From an uncultured bacterium (GTDB taxonomy: Bacteria > Verrucomicrobiota > Verrucomicrobiia > Verrucomicrobiales > DEV007): 64,000 nt of DNA. Below the pieces are notes generated by a model, which saw only the letters and a program-made list of their open reading frames with translations, searched no databases and was not told where the DNA came from. This document shows positions 38,902 to 52,104 of the stretch, one piece after another (within the stretch, counting starts at the first letter, position 1; the number at the start of each line of letters is the position of its first letter). Location: positions 256,001-320,000 of the forward strand of contig CAXBMO010000001.1 in assembly GCA_963977015.1 (NCBI GenBank). Reading direction: 5' to 3'. Made by a program: the position numbers and the translations under genes.

Positions 38902-39411
38902 ATGGAAACTTTCACTGAAATCGCTCAACAGTTTGGTCTGAACTGGGCCAAGTTCTTTGCGCAAATTATCATTTTCGGAGTCGTTTTCACGGTTTTGCGG
39001 GCAAAGGCGTTTGGCCCGATTATGGGAATGTTGGAGCAACGTCGGCAACGAATTGCTGACGGCGAGGCGGCTCTGGCGAAGATCAAGGAGGATCAGGAGC
39101 AGGCTGAGGCGAAGGCTCAGGCCAAGATTGATGAGGCAAATGTTGAAGCCGATCGCTTGATTGAAGAAGCTCGGGAAAGTGGAGATGCGCTTCGCGAGAA
39201 GAAGACCCAGGAGGCGACGCTGGAAGCCGGTAACATCATCGCCAAGGCGAAAGAGGCTTCCCAACTTGAGCGCGAACAGGCGCTGTCCATGCTGAAAAAG
39301 GATTTCGGACGTTTGGTGGTCGATACCACCTCTAAAGTAACCGGGAAAGTCCTCAATAAGGACGACCAAGACAAGATTAACCAGGAAACGGCTGGTCAGA
39401 TCGCCTTGTAA
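38902..39411 (+). CDS. atpF: F0F1 ATP synthase subunit b
   Basis: N-terminal TM (AQIIIF), PI..MLEQR..RI, coiled coil; operon position. Confidence 0.95.
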   Translation: METFTEIAQQFGLNWAKFFAQIIIFGVVFTVLRAKAFGPIMGMLEQRRQRIADGEAALAKIKEDQEQAEAKAQAKIDEANVEADRLIEEARESGDALREKKTQEATLEAGNIIAKAKEASQLEREQALSMLKKDFGRLVVDTTSKVTGKVLNKDDQDKINQETAGQIAL

Positions 39412-39434
39412 TTTTTGTCCGTTTTTTCTGAATC

Positions 39435-39830
39435 ATGAAAGTTAGCAAGATCGCTCTCAGAACCGCCCGGCAATTGCTCAATGCAACAGTCGTCAATGGC
39501 GCGATCGATAGCGAGCGTGCCAAGGCTTTCGTGAAAAAGGTTGGCGAGAAAAAGCCCCGTGGCTATCTCCAGGTCTTGACTGCCTATGAGAACCTCGTTC
39601 GCCTCGAACTCGATAAACGTCACGCGACGGTCGAAAGTGCTTCCGAACTCGGGGCCGATCTCCAGTCGAGCGTGATGGCGGATCTCCGAAAAAAATACGG
39701 CAAAGATCTGACCTTTGATTTTCAAACCAATCCCGACCTGCTGGGCGGGATGCGAGTGAAAGTAGGAAGCGACGTTTGGGACGGTAGCGTTCGCGCTCGC
39801 CTTCAACAACTCGAAGACACATTTAGTTAA
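39435..39830 (+). CDS. atpH: F0F1 ATP synthase subunit delta (short, 131 aa)
   Basis: ATVESA..L, PDLLGG.RVKVGS.V.DGS; operon position. Confidence 0.92.
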   Translation: MKVSKIALRTARQLLNATVVNGAIDSERAKAFVKKVGEKKPRGYLQVLTAYENLVRLELDKRHATVESASELGADLQSSVMADLRKKYGKDLTFDFQTNPDLLGGMRVKVGSDVWDGSVRARLQQLEDTFS

Positions 39831-39842
39831 ACCAACGTAGAA

Positions 39843-41375
39843 ATGAGTAATCTCCTCCAGGAACTGGAATCTGAAATCGCGGGTCTGAAGACCTCGGTTA
39901 CCAAGTCAAATGTGGGCGTCGTCCGCGAGATTGGTGATGGTGTCGCCAAGGTCGAAGGTCTGAGCGACGTGATGCTGAACGAGATGATTGAGTTTCCCGG
40001 TGGACTCTACGGGTTGGCGCTCAACCTCGAGGAAACTGAGGTTGGCTGTATTCTTCTCGGTGACGGACTGGATGTGAAAGAGGGAGACGAAGTCAAGACG
40101 ACTGGTCGCCTTCTGTCCGTTCCTGTCGGAAAGCAGCTTCTCGGTCGCGTCGTTGATGCCCTGGGTCAGCCTCTTGATGGAAAAGGTGATATTTCAGGCG
40201 AGACAACGTATCCTGTTGAGAAAATCGCTCCTGGTATTCTGCCCCGTCAGTCGGTGAGCGTTCCTTTGCAGACCGGAATTCTTCCAATCGATGCCATGGT
40301 TCCAATCGGGCGTGGCCAGCGGGAATTGATCATTGGTGACCGCTCCACCGGCAAGACCACGATCGCAATTGATACGATTATTGCCCAGGCGAATCAGAAC
40401 AAAGCCGCCGAAAAAGGGGAGCTGAAGGGGCACAAGCCAGTCTACTGTATCTATGTGGTGATCGGTCAGAAGCGAGCCAACGTCGCACGAACGATCGCAA
40501 CCTTGGAAGAGGCTGGCGCGATGGACTACACCATCGTGGTTTCCGCTACCGCTTCAGATCCGGCTACCAATCAGTATCTCGCTCCCTACGCAGGGTGCGC
40601 CATGGGTGAGTGGTTCATGGATCAGGGATTGGATGCCTTGATCGTTTATGATGATCTTTCCAAGCACGCAGTTGCCTATCGTCAGGTTTCCCTGGTTCTT
40701 CGCCGCCCATCCGGTCGTGAAGCGTATCCTGGTGACGTTTTCTACCTGCATAGCCGTCTCTTGGAGCGTTCTGCCCGATTGAGCGAGGCTAACGGAGGAG
40801 GTTCGTTGACGGCGTTGCCGATCATTGAAACCCAGGCTGGTGACGTTTCGGCCTACATTCCAACGAACGTGATTTCGATTACGGACGGACAGATTTTCCT
40901 GGAAACCGACCTGTTCTATCAGGGCATCCGGCCCGCCATCTCAGTTGGTCTCTCCGTGAGCCGGGTTGGTTCGGCCGCACAGACCAAAGCGGTGAAGAAA
41001 GTTTCTGGAACGACCAAGTTGGACTTGGCGCAGTTTCGTGAATTGCAGGCATTCGCCCAGTTTGGTTCCGACCTTGACGAGGCGACCAAGGCGACCATTG
41101 AACGTGGTCAGCGGATTGTGGAGATGTTCAAGCAGGGACAATACAAGCCGTTCCCAATGGAGCTCGAAGTCGTTCTCCTCTGGTCGATGCAAAATGGCGG
41201 CTTTGATGATGTTGAAGTCGACCGCGTGAAAGAATGCCAGATTGCGTTTGAAGAGTATCTCACCAGCCGCAAGACCGAATTGCTTGCACTGATCCGAGAA
41301 GAGAAGGCGATTACTGACGATGGCAGCAAAGGCCTCAAAGAAGCGATCTCCGACTTCAAGAAGACTTGGAAGTAA
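39843..41375 (+). CDS. atpA: F0F1 ATP synthase subunit alpha
   Basis: [38 protein letters not shown]. Confidence 0.99.
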   Translation: MSNLLQELESEIAGLKTSVTKSNVGVVREIGDGVAKVEGLSDVMLNEMIEFPGGLYGLALNLEETEVGCILLGDGLDVKEGDEVKTTGRLLSVPVGKQLLGRVVDALGQPLDGKGDISGETTYPVEKIAPGILPRQSVSVPLQTGILPIDAMVPIGRGQRELIIGDRSTGKTTIAIDTIIAQANQNKAAEKGELKGHKPVYCIYVVIGQKRANVARTIATLEEAGAMDYTIVVSATASDPATNQYLAPYAGCAMGEWFMDQGLDALIVYDDLSKHAVAYRQVSLVLRRPSGREAYPGDVFYLHSRLLERSARLSEANGGGSLTALPIIETQAGDVSAYIPTNVISITDGQIFLETDLFYQGIRPAISVGLSVSRVGSAAQTKAVKKVSGTTKLDLAQFRELQAFAQFGSDLDEATKATIERGQRIVEMFKQGQYKPFPMELEVVLLWSMQNGGFDDVEVDRVKECQIAFEEYLTSRKTELLALIREEKAITDDGSKGLKEAISDFKKTWK

Positions 41376-41418
41376 CTCTTTCTCCTCGATAGCCTCACCG
41401 CTCACCCCGAACTAAAAA

Positions 41419-43772
<2,354 letters not shown>

Positions 43773-43795
43773 TTTAGCTCCAAACCAACTGGCCA

Positions 43796-44203
43796 ATGCC
43801 CATTCACCTCGAAATTGTTACTCCTGAAGGCAAAAACTTCTCTGACGAAGTGGAGATTGTCGTGGCTCCGGGAGTCGAGGGTGAACTTGGAGTTCTCGCA
43901 AGTCACGCCCCGCTCGTTACCACGCTTTTACCGGGTGAGCTTCGTTATACCTACAAAGGCGAAGAACACTTTTTGGCGGTCGGTTCCGGAATTCTGGAAG
44001 TCACCGCAAAGAGCGTTGCCGTGCTGACGGACCTGGCGATTCGGGACGAAGAGATTGACGAGGCCGCCGTTGAAGCTGCTCTGGAGAGTGCCAAATTGGC
44101 TCTCGAAGAGAAGCAGGACGTCGAAGAACTGGCTGCTGTGCAGTTGGCGATTCAGAAGTCAATGGCTCAGCTTCATGTGAAGCGCCGTCGCAAGCACGTG
44201 TAA
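43796..44203 (+). CDS. atpC: F0F1 ATP synthase subunit epsilon
   Basis: LEIVTPE, GELGVL..HAPL.T.L.PG. Confidence 0.96.
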   Translation: MPIHLEIVTPEGKNFSDEVEIVVAPGVEGELGVLASHAPLVTTLLPGELRYTYKGEEHFLAVGSGILEVTAKSVAVLTDLAIRDEEIDEAAVEAALESAKLALEEKQDVEELAAVQLAIQKSMAQLHVKRRRKHV

Positions 44204-44218
44204 TTCTGGATCTAATTT

Positions 44219-45553
44219 TCAGTAGAGCAGGTAAGGCTTCCGTTCTTCACGGAAGTGATCGTTGAACGGCTTCCAACCTTGGATGATTTCCTGGGGCGTC
44301 GCTCCTTCGGTCATCTGGCTTTTCAGGTCCGTGGAGCCATAGACCTTGTAGAAGGTTTTCCACGGATTTGCGTCCGCTGAGGCAAAGAGTTTTTCGACGG
44401 GCAATCCCAATTCGTGAATGAGAAGCACGTTCAAGGCCGGAAGGTCTGTGTTCGTCGAAGGGGTGATCTTGATTTTTGCGCCGCTGAACTCGGGCAATTT
44501 GGGATTGGTGTAGGTCTGAAAGGAGACTCCCGGGGTGTTGGCGCGTTGCAGGGCCTTCACGAACCGCGTCGCGTCAATGTTTCGCCCGCCCGCATACTCA
44601 AACGGGCCGGTCGTTCCAATTCCGATGTCGCCAATTTTGAGTTCTCCAAAAATCCCGGTCGCAACATAGTAGAAGGGAGAGCGGGAATTGGGAATGTTCG
44701 GGGACGAAGCGATCCAGCGAAGTCCGGTTTGATCCCAGACCATCGAGCGCTTCCAACCCAGCATGGGGACGACACGGAGGTCGCATTTCGCGCCGATCCA
44801 ACCCTTTTCGTTGGTCATCCTGGCGAGTTCCCCCGCCGTCATACCGTGAACGTAGGAAATGGGGATTTGGCCGACAAACGAGCGCCATTTCTCTTCCATG
44901 GGAGGACCTTGAACCCGGTGCCCGCCCAAGGGATTGGGGCGGTCGAGAACGACGAACGTTTTCCCCAACTCGCCGCAAGCTTCCATCGCAAGAACCATCG
45001 TGCTGATGTACGTGTAAGACCGGGCTCCAATGTCTTGAAGGTCAAAAATCAGGACATCGATATTGGCGAGTTGCTGTGCGGTGGGTTTCCGCGTGGGGCC
45101 GTAGAGGGAATGGGCGGTCAGCCCGGTGATGGGATCGGTTCGGGTGGCAATGTGTTCGCCAGCTTTCTCAGTTCCCTCAAGTCCATGTTCAGGGGTGAAC
45201 AGCGCGACGAGATTCACCTTGGGCGAGCGATGAAGAATGAGTCGCGTTTTCTGAGCTGCTCGATTGACGCTGGTCTGGTTGGTGATCAAGCCGACCCGCT
45301 TCCCCTCCAGTTCGGGAAAATCCATTTCCTCAAGCATATCGATGCCAAGCTTGACCGGACCTTTGTAATTCTTTGGGTAAGCCTTCCTGGCTTCGGGTGG
45401 GGCATTGGTCGCCTCATCGGAGCAGCTTCCCAGAAACAGGGATGCGGAGAACAACCCGGCCAGAATCACGGAGGAAACCTGACGAAATCCCCAAAACTCT
45501 TTGATGCGTTGCCAACGAAGCAAGGTTTTTAAGCGGTCTGATAAACGTTCCAT
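44219..45553 (-). CDS. namZ: Exo-beta-N-acetylmuramidase NamZ (DUF1343), probable lipoprotein
   Basis: VGLITNQT, FTPEHG, FDLQDIGARSYTY, LDRPNPLGG, HGMTAGELA, SSPNIP; lipobox LGSC; start uncertain. Confidence 0.88.
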   Translation of the reverse strand: MERLSDRLKTLLRWQRIKEFWGFRQVSSVILAGLFSASLFLGSCSDEATNAPPEARKAYPKNYKGPVKLGIDMLEEMDFPELEGKRVGLITNQTSVNRAAQKTRLILHRSPKVNLVALFTPEHGLEGTEKAGEHIATRTDPITGLTAHSLYGPTRKPTAQQLANIDVLIFDLQDIGARSYTYISTMVLAMEACGELGKTFVVLDRPNPLGGHRVQGPPMEEKWRSFVGQIPISYVHGMTAGELARMTNEKGWIGAKCDLRVVPMLGWKRSMVWDQTGLRWIASSPNIPNSRSPFYYVATGIFGELKIGDIGIGTTGPFEYAGGRNIDATRFVKALQRANTPGVSFQTYTNPKLPEFSGAKIKITPSTNTDLPALNVLLIHELGLPVEKLFASADANPWKTFYKVYGSTDLKSQMTEGATPQEIIQGWKPFNDHFREERKPYLLY

Positions 45554-45597
45554 GTTGCGAGGGGGAGGAATAGGGGGAAGGTCAGAATGCAGAATCT

Positions 45598-46704
45598 ATG
45601 GACGAAAAAAATCTAGGCCAGTTTCTCCTGACAGGTGTTCCTGAACCGGAGTTGGACAGCGAAACCGCCGCGCGCTTCAAGCGCATTCAGCCCGGAGGAT
45701 TTATCTTGTTTGGGCGGAATATCAAGTCACCTGAACAGTTGCGCAAGTTGATCGACGATCTTCGTGACCTCAGTGACATTGAGCCAATCATCACCATTGA
45801 TCAGGAGGGCGGACGAGTTTCGCGGTTAAGGCTGATTGGTCAGGAACCTCCAAATGCCCAGAGTCTCCGCGAGAAGGGGGATCATGCGTTGATTCGAAAG
45901 CATGGCGAGCTCACTGGGAAGATTCTCCGGCTCTTTGGTTTCAACCTCGATCTTTGCCCGGTTCTCGATATTTCGTTTGAAGGTGATACCGACAACTCGC
46001 TGTTGGGCCGCACCTGGGGGCTTACTCCCAAAGAAACGATTGGAAACGCGAGTCTGTTCAATCTTGCGATGCGCAAGCAGGGGGTCTTGAGCTGTGGAAA
46101 ACACTTTCCGGGGTATTCCGCTGCCGAGGTTGATCCGCACCATGAATTGCCCGTCATCAACAAGACCATGGAGGAAATGGAAGCCCATGAACTCCTGCCG
46201 TTTCGCGCGCTTCTCAAAGACGTGGACAGCCTGATGGTGGCGCATTCACACTATCCCTGTTTCGACGCGGATCGTCCGCGGTGGCCGGCGTCACTTTCGC
46301 ACAATGTGATCCAGAAATTTCTGCGTGACCAACTGGGCTACGACAAGTTGGTGATGACCGATGATTTGGATATGGGGGCGATACTCAATGAAGTGAGTTT
46401 TGAGGACACGATTCGCTACTGCATGGAAGCGGGCAACGATCTGGCAATGATCTGCCATCGTATCGACATGGTCGAAGAAGCGCGGACCCATCTTGCGAAG
46501 CTACCGCATCCGTTGCTCGACGATGCGCTGCTCCGAATTGAAGCGACCAAGAAGAATCTGGTGAAACCGGACAAATGGTCGATCGAACGCTTTGAAGAGA
46601 TCAATGCTGAGATTTGGGATTTGCGCGTGGCGACGCTCGGCGAAGAACACGCCAAGATCTTGAGTGTGGAAGATGGGAAACGTTCTCCCGTCGAAGACTT
46701 CTAA
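45598..46704 (+). CDS. nagZ: GH3 beta-N-acetylhexosaminidase (NagZ-like)
   Basis: ILFGRNI, IDQEGGRVSRL, KHFPG..DPH, MTDDLDMGA. Confidence 0.88.
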   Translation: MDEKNLGQFLLTGVPEPELDSETAARFKRIQPGGFILFGRNIKSPEQLRKLIDDLRDLSDIEPIITIDQEGGRVSRLRLIGQEPPNAQSLREKGDHALIRKHGELTGKILRLFGFNLDLCPVLDISFEGDTDNSLLGRTWGLTPKETIGNASLFNLAMRKQGVLSCGKHFPGYSAAEVDPHHELPVINKTMEEMEAHELLPFRALLKDVDSLMVAHSHYPCFDADRPRWPASLSHNVIQKFLRDQLGYDKLVMTDDLDMGAILNEVSFEDTIRYCMEAGNDLAMICHRIDMVEEARTHLAKLPHPLLDDALLRIEATKKNLVKPDKWSIERFEEINAEIWDLRVATLGEEHAKILSVEDGKRSPVEDF

Positions 46705-46945
46705 ACCGATCTCGCGACCGCGCTCCGTTGGTGGCCACGCGAGGGCATCAATATCAAGCCGGTGATGGGTGGGGTATTTTGCAGATGAAGCAGGATTCCA
46801 GCCTCGCCAAAACCAGCCCCGATTTTCCAGCGCAGCTTACCTGCGGTTTTTTCGTGCTTCCTTCGCAATACCTTGCTCTCTGGCACGGAAAGCGCTATGA
46901 ATCCTACCCTTCCGCGCGCGTCCAACATTCCGCCCTCCGTCGCCC

Positions 46946-47887
46946 ATGATAGAAGTCCAGGATCTCACCAAAATTTACAACGGCAAAGTCGCCGTTGACC
47001 AGATTTCGTTCGAAGTCGGAAAAGGTGAGATTGTGGGATTTCTGGGACCAAATGGTGCGGGTAAATCGACCACCATGCGGATTCTGACGGGATTTCTCTC
47101 TGCCACCGGAGGAAGTGCTTCGGTCGCGGGGTTTGACGTCTATCGGGAGTCTTTGGAGGCTCGAAGGCGGATTGGTTACATGCCGGAATCGGTCCCACTT
47201 TACGCGGATATGCGGGTGAAGGAATACCTGCACTTTCGAGCCCATTTGAAGGGAATGCGGGGGCACGCGATGCGGCGCCGGATCGGGGACGTCATGGACC
47301 TGTGCGGTCTGGTTGACGTTCGCCGGAAACTGATTGGCGCCTTGTCCAAAGGTTACCGGCAGCGAGTTGGATTGGCCGATGCGCTTTCCAACAAGCCGGA
47401 CCTCCTGATTCTGGATGAACCGACCAATGGATTGGATCCGAACCAGATTCGTCAGGTGCGTGGACTCATCAAGAATCTTGGCGAGAACCATACCATTTTG
47501 CTATCAACGCACATCTTGTCCGAAGTCGAGATGACTTGTGGCCGCGTCATCATCATTGATGGCGGAAAGATCAAGGCATCGGATTCGCCGGAAAATCTCG
47601 TTCATCGAATTGAGTCATCGGGAACCATTACTGTTGAGATGAAGGGACCTTCCAATCATCTCCAGAAGCGGCTGCGTGGTATCGAAGGCGTGAAGAACGT
47701 GACTGCCGTTTCGAAAGAAGATGACTGGATGACATTGGAACTACGCCTCAATGGCCGAAATGAAATTCGCGATCAGATTTATGAGTTATCCGTGGCCGAG
47801 AAGTGGCCGATTCGGCAATTGAGCAAGCGTTCGGCAAGTTTGGAAGATGTCTTTGTCGATTTAACCTCTACCACAAAGAGAGGCTGA
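46946..47887 (+). CDS. ABC-2 transporter ATP-binding protein (GldA-like)
   Basis: GPNGAGKST, LSKGYRQRVGLA, LDEPTNGLDP, STHIL. Confidence 0.9.
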   Translation: MIEVQDLTKIYNGKVAVDQISFEVGKGEIVGFLGPNGAGKSTTMRILTGFLSATGGSASVAGFDVYRESLEARRRIGYMPESVPLYADMRVKEYLHFRAHLKGMRGHAMRRRIGDVMDLCGLVDVRRKLIGALSKGYRQRVGLADALSNKPDLLILDEPTNGLDPNQIRQVRGLIKNLGENHTILLSTHILSEVEMTCGRVIIIDGGKIKASDSPENLVHRIESSGTITVEMKGPSNHLQKRLRGIEGVKNVTAVSKEDDWMTLELRLNGRNEIRDQIYELSVAEKWPIRQLSKRSASLEDVFVDLTSTTKRG

Positions 47888-47898
47888 TTTTCGGAGAC

Positions 47899-48657
47899 AT
47901 GATGCAGAATTTTCGAACGCTACTTCTCAAGGAACTCCGGAGCTTTTTTGTTTCGCCGTTAGCCTATGTCGTGCTGGCTCTGGTGATGGTCTTGAACGGC
48001 GTATCCTTCCTCTTCAGCGTTGAGCGAATGGAAGGCAAGGTCAGTCAGATGAGCCTTCTCCATCTGACCTTTGATTCATTGTGGTTCTGGATGGTTTTTG
48101 TTCTTCTCTTTCCCCTGATTACGATGCGCCTTTTCGCGGAAGAACGGAAGCTGGGGACTCTCGAAACCCTGATGACAGCACCGGTTCAATCCTGGACGGT
48201 GATTCTCGCCAAGTACACGGCGACGCTGATCTTTTACGTGATTCTTTGGACGCCCAGTGCTCTGAATCTGCTGCTGTTTGAATCCATCAGCGGATCGGCG
48301 GCCGCCTTTACCGCAGGTTCGTTCTGGGGAACCTACACCATGTTGTTCATGGTCGGCGGTTTCAATATTGCCCTTGGGATCTTTGCTTCGGCGTTGACGG
48401 CAAATCAGCTGATTGCAGGCGTGTTGGCATTCGCCTTCGTTACCCTCCATTTCTTCATTGGATTTGTGCAGGGTTTCGCTGGGAACATGCCGGCTGAAGT
48501 GCTGGACCGCGTGACTTATTTTTCGACGGTTGAACACCTGCGTTACTTTTCCAACGGATTGATCGATACGCGCCCGCTGATCTATTATGTGACCGGATCC
48601 GCCCTGTTCCTTACGTTCACCTATTATGTATTGGAATACCGTCGGTGGCGCCCCTGA
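47899..48657 (+). CDS. ABC-2 permease (GldF-like)
   Basis: KELRSFF.SP.AY, TMRLFAEERKLGTLE.L.T.PV, GLIDTR. Confidence 0.88.
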   Translation: MMQNFRTLLLKELRSFFVSPLAYVVLALVMVLNGVSFLFSVERMEGKVSQMSLLHLTFDSLWFWMVFVLLFPLITMRLFAEERKLGTLETLMTAPVQSWTVILAKYTATLIFYVILWTPSALNLLLFESISGSAAAFTAGSFWGTYTMLFMVGGFNIALGIFASALTANQLIAGVLAFAFVTLHFFIGFVQGFAGNMPAEVLDRVTYFSTVEHLRYFSNGLIDTRPLIYYVTGSALFLTFTYYVLEYRRWRP

Positions 48658-48660
48658 ACC

Positions 48661-50139
48661 ATGAGCCAAGATTCAGAACATAGCCAGAAACGGCAGCAAT
48701 CGATCGATCGAAGACGGGTTATTCTCCACGTTGGTTTGCAGATTTTTGCACTCATGACGATTTTCGTGCTCGTCAACTACATGAGTTGCCGGCACTACTC
48801 GCGGTGGGATTTGACGCAAAACAGTCGGTTCACCTTGTCACCGACAACCGAAACGTTCCTGAAGAGCCTCTCGTCGGATATTGATCTGACCGTGGCGTTC
48901 ATGGCGGGGTCTCCCGTTTACGACGATCTCAAGACGCTCGTGGATCAATATAAACAGAGCAGTCGAAAAAAGATCGATGTGGAATGGATCGATCCTGCGC
49001 GGGCTCCTGATCGTGCGACGGATTTGCAGGCAAAGTATGGGTTAAACCTTTCGCGAAATGCGGTCATTGTTGCGCAGGGTGATCGGGTAAAGGTGATTCC
49101 GGAATCCCGAATGGTGATCCGCGATGGATCGGGCCTGGTCGATAAGTTTGCGGGCGAATTCGCGATCACAGCCGCGTTGATCGAGGTCGTCGAAGGTAAA
49201 CGGCGCCAAATCTATATTCCGACCGGATATCAGCGCGCCGAGTATCTCCAGGAAGTGATGCAGGAACTGCAGGTGCTTGCCGCCCGCCAGAATGCACAGG
49301 TCCAATTTTTGGAGTTGAGCGGCGGCGGAAAAATTCCTGAGGACGCGGATGCGTTGATTTTGGCGGCACCCCAGTTTGATCCACCGAGCGCTGAGATGAA
49401 GGAAATTCTGGATTATTGGAAGGGGGCCAGAGGTGCGTTGTTTGTGGCGTTGGATCCGGACGCCGATACGCCGCTTCTCCAATCCTTCGTCCGCATGCAT
49501 GGGGTTGTTCCCCGCGACGACCGGGTGGTGTTTGCGTCCCAGGTTCCCGGGCAGGCGCTCCAGAAGCTTTACTCCGTGCCGACGACGTTGCGAGTCGGGT
49601 CGCCGATTTCCTCCGAACGGGGATTGGGAGGCCTGACCATGACCTTGGGCGGGCGAAGTCAATCGTTGGAGCTTCATGAAAATGAGGACTTTGTTAAGGA
49701 CGAGAATATCCACTTGTCGCCGGTGTTGGTGGCTGATCCTCGGTTCTGGGGCGAGACCGACTATGAAGCGGAGGATATTCAGCGAGATCGTGATCTGGAC
49801 ACGCACGCGCCGATATTTTTGGCGGCAACCGTTGAACGTGGTGCGGTGGATGATCCCAATTTGAGGGTGGAAACCCAGCGGATGGTCATTGTCAGTAACC
49901 CAACGATTTTGTCCGGCGGACTGCAGCGCCAGAAAGTACAGTCCGACTTTGTGATGGCGAGCCTCAATTGGTTGCTTGATCGAACGGAGTTGATTGGCGT
50001 GAGCGCGAAGGAGCCAACCCGTTACGCGATCCAACTCACACGTTCCCAGTCAACTTGGTTGCAGCGTTGCGTGCTCTGGATATTTCCGAGCTTGGTTGGA
50101 GCGGTAGGCGTCATCGTCTGGTTCCAGCGCCGTTCTTAA
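48661..50139 (+). CDS. ABC transporter auxiliary component (GldG-like)
   Basis: N- and C-terminal TM helices, RWDLT....FTLS, IDP, NWL. Confidence 0.85.
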   Translation: MSQDSEHSQKRQQSIDRRRVILHVGLQIFALMTIFVLVNYMSCRHYSRWDLTQNSRFTLSPTTETFLKSLSSDIDLTVAFMAGSPVYDDLKTLVDQYKQSSRKKIDVEWIDPARAPDRATDLQAKYGLNLSRNAVIVAQGDRVKVIPESRMVIRDGSGLVDKFAGEFAITAALIEVVEGKRRQIYIPTGYQRAEYLQEVMQELQVLAARQNAQVQFLELSGGGKIPEDADALILAAPQFDPPSAEMKEILDYWKGARGALFVALDPDADTPLLQSFVRMHGVVPRDDRVVFASQVPGQALQKLYSVPTTLRVGSPISSERGLGGLTMTLGGRSQSLELHENEDFVKDENIHLSPVLVADPRFWGETDYEAEDIQRDRDLDTHAPIFLAATVERGAVDDPNLRVETQRMVIVSNPTILSGGLQRQKVQSDFVMASLNWLLDRTELIGVSAKEPTRYAIQLTRSQSTWLQRCVLWIFPSLVGAVGVIVWFQRRS

Positions 50140-50148
50140 TGCAGATCC

Positions 50149-52104
50149 ATGATAAAATCTTCGACTACGATTACGCTTGTTTCGATAGCCGCCGTGCTAG
50201 CGATCTTCGTACTCGGCTTTGAGCGGAGAATCGAATCCTCCCGGCAGGCGAAGGTTTCGTCACGAATTTTGGCGACGGTTCCCGTCGAGGAACTCAAGCG
50301 CATCAAGGTGACGAACCAAATGGGAGAGATTTCCATCGATCGCAAGGACGGCGGATGGAAGTTGATGAAGCCGATTGGTGATTACGCCGATCCTGGGTTG
50401 GTTGCCAAGCTGGCTGATAAACTGGCGCACCTCACCATTCGGGAGACGATCGACCGAGATGAAATCGGTGGAGATAAGATCCGCCTCAGCCGATTTGGAT
50501 TGTCCAAGTCAGCTTTCATTGAGGTGAAAATGGAGTTCGAGGGAAAACGCGAACCCGTAACCTTTCATTTTGGAGCGAACGGGCCTCTGCTTGGGACGAT
50601 TTACGCAAAGATACCAGATTCCTCCAATCGAAAGGATGTCTACGTTGTCGATGGTGACTTTCGATCATGGATTACCGATCCTGGAGACGCGCTTCGCGAT
50701 CGAAGATTGTTTCGGGAAGATCCCGGAAAGATTGAAGCTTATGTTCTGACGACAGAGAAAGGGGAAATGGCCTTGAAAAGAGAACCCGATGCGCCGCGTT
50801 GGTATGTGGAGCGGCCCATCAAGGCAAGAGCCAATGATGATATAGCGTACTCGATTCTCAATGAGCTTTCGCAACTGCAGGTTGATGAGTTTTTGGACGA
50901 ACAAGTGGGCTCGGCCTCCGGTGTCGGAAGTGGAGGGGATCCGGATACCGCCGTGTTCAAACTGAAACCTCAGGGCGGAAAGCCGTTCACCGTAAGATTG
51001 CGCGAACTGGGGAGCGAAGGGGAGCAGCGAACGATGCTGGCAGAGGTGGATGGACGGGATGCCGTATTTCGGATCAACAATAATCTGGTGTCGCGGTTGC
51101 CGAAGAACACCAGCCAGATTCGCTATCCTTACCTCGCCGATCTCGATCCCACAACCCTTGCCCGGATTCAGATTGAGAGCCCATTGGATTCGGTCGATAT
51201 CCGTCGCCTGAAAGATGGCGGGAAAGAGTGGCATTTGATCAAGGGCGGAGTGAGTCAGCGAGCCAACCAAGACAAAATTGAGCAACTTCTGACGGCGCTG
51301 AACACAGAGACCATTGTCGAATACCGGTCGGATACGGTTCCAAATTTGGAGGAATATGGTTTGGACCGTCCCTTTCTGCAGATTGCGTTCACATCCTCAA
51401 CGGTCGATGGGGATGCGTTGGATCGTTACCGTAATGAACTGGCCAAAGCTGAGCAGACTGGGAAGTCGAAGGAAGAGATTGAAAGACCCAAGGTGGAAAT
51501 CAAAACGCGGACCATCCGGTTCGGGAGGAAAGGCGACATTCTATTGAACGCAAAGTTTGATGACGAACCGTACGTTTACGCAATCGATCCCGCCTTTCTC
51601 TCGATTTATGTGCCGACCCATCCCATCGCCTGGCGCGGCCTGGAATTGTTGGGGTTCGAACTGCTTTCGCTGCAAGCCATTGAAATGGCAGAGGCCGGCA
51701 ATCCTGAGTTGAAGCTCTTTTTTAATTACATGCACGGGAAATGGTCAGGACTCCTCGGCGACCAGAGAGTTGACGACCTTATTGATCGGCGGCTGGCGGA
51801 AAGGTTGGCGATTCATTTGAGCCAGCTCAAAGGGCGTCAGTGGTTGAGCGGGAGTCGGCAGGACGCGTATCGGGCGCTCCGAAACCCCTCGTTGCAGCTT
51901 CGTATCAAGCTTCAGAAACCGAGCATCGGAACGCAGAAGCCGAATCCGGTGGGGGTTGCATCACTCGCGTTTGCTCCCGCCACCATTTCGGGAGATCGCG
52001 TCACGAACTATTTTGGACAGTTTGAGGGGTATCCCGATGTCTTTGTGCTTTCCGGGGAGGACTATGACAAGATCGTGGTACCCGTATTCAAACGGTCAGA
52101 GTGA
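50149..52104 (+). CDS. DUF4340 repeat protein
   Basis: N-terminal anchor; repeated W....P....A and YGL..P units; usual fourth gene of Gld-like ABC operons. Confidence 0.8.
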   Translation: MIKSSTTITLVSIAAVLAIFVLGFERRIESSRQAKVSSRILATVPVEELKRIKVTNQMGEISIDRKDGGWKLMKPIGDYADPGLVAKLADKLAHLTIRETIDRDEIGGDKIRLSRFGLSKSAFIEVKMEFEGKREPVTFHFGANGPLLGTIYAKIPDSSNRKDVYVVDGDFRSWITDPGDALRDRRLFREDPGKIEAYVLTTEKGEMALKREPDAPRWYVERPIKARANDDIAYSILNELSQLQVDEFLDEQVGSASGVGSGGDPDTAVFKLKPQGGKPFTVRLRELGSEGEQRTMLAEVDGRDAVFRINNNLVSRLPKNTSQIRYPYLADLDPTTLARIQIESPLDSVDIRRLKDGGKEWHLIKGGVSQRANQDKIEQLLTALNTETIVEYRSDTVPNLEEYGLDRPFLQIAFTSSTVDGDALDRYRNELAKAEQTGKSKEEIERPKVEIKTRTIRFGRKGDILLNAKFDDEPYVYAIDPAFLSIYVPTHPIAWRGLELLGFELLSLQAIEMAEAGNPELKLFFNYMHGKWSGLLGDQRVDDLIDRRLAERLAIHLSQLKGRQWLSGSRQDAYRALRNPSLQLRIKLQKPSIGTQKPNPVGVASLAFAPATISGDRVTNYFGQFEGYPDVFVLSGEDYDKIVVPVFKRSE

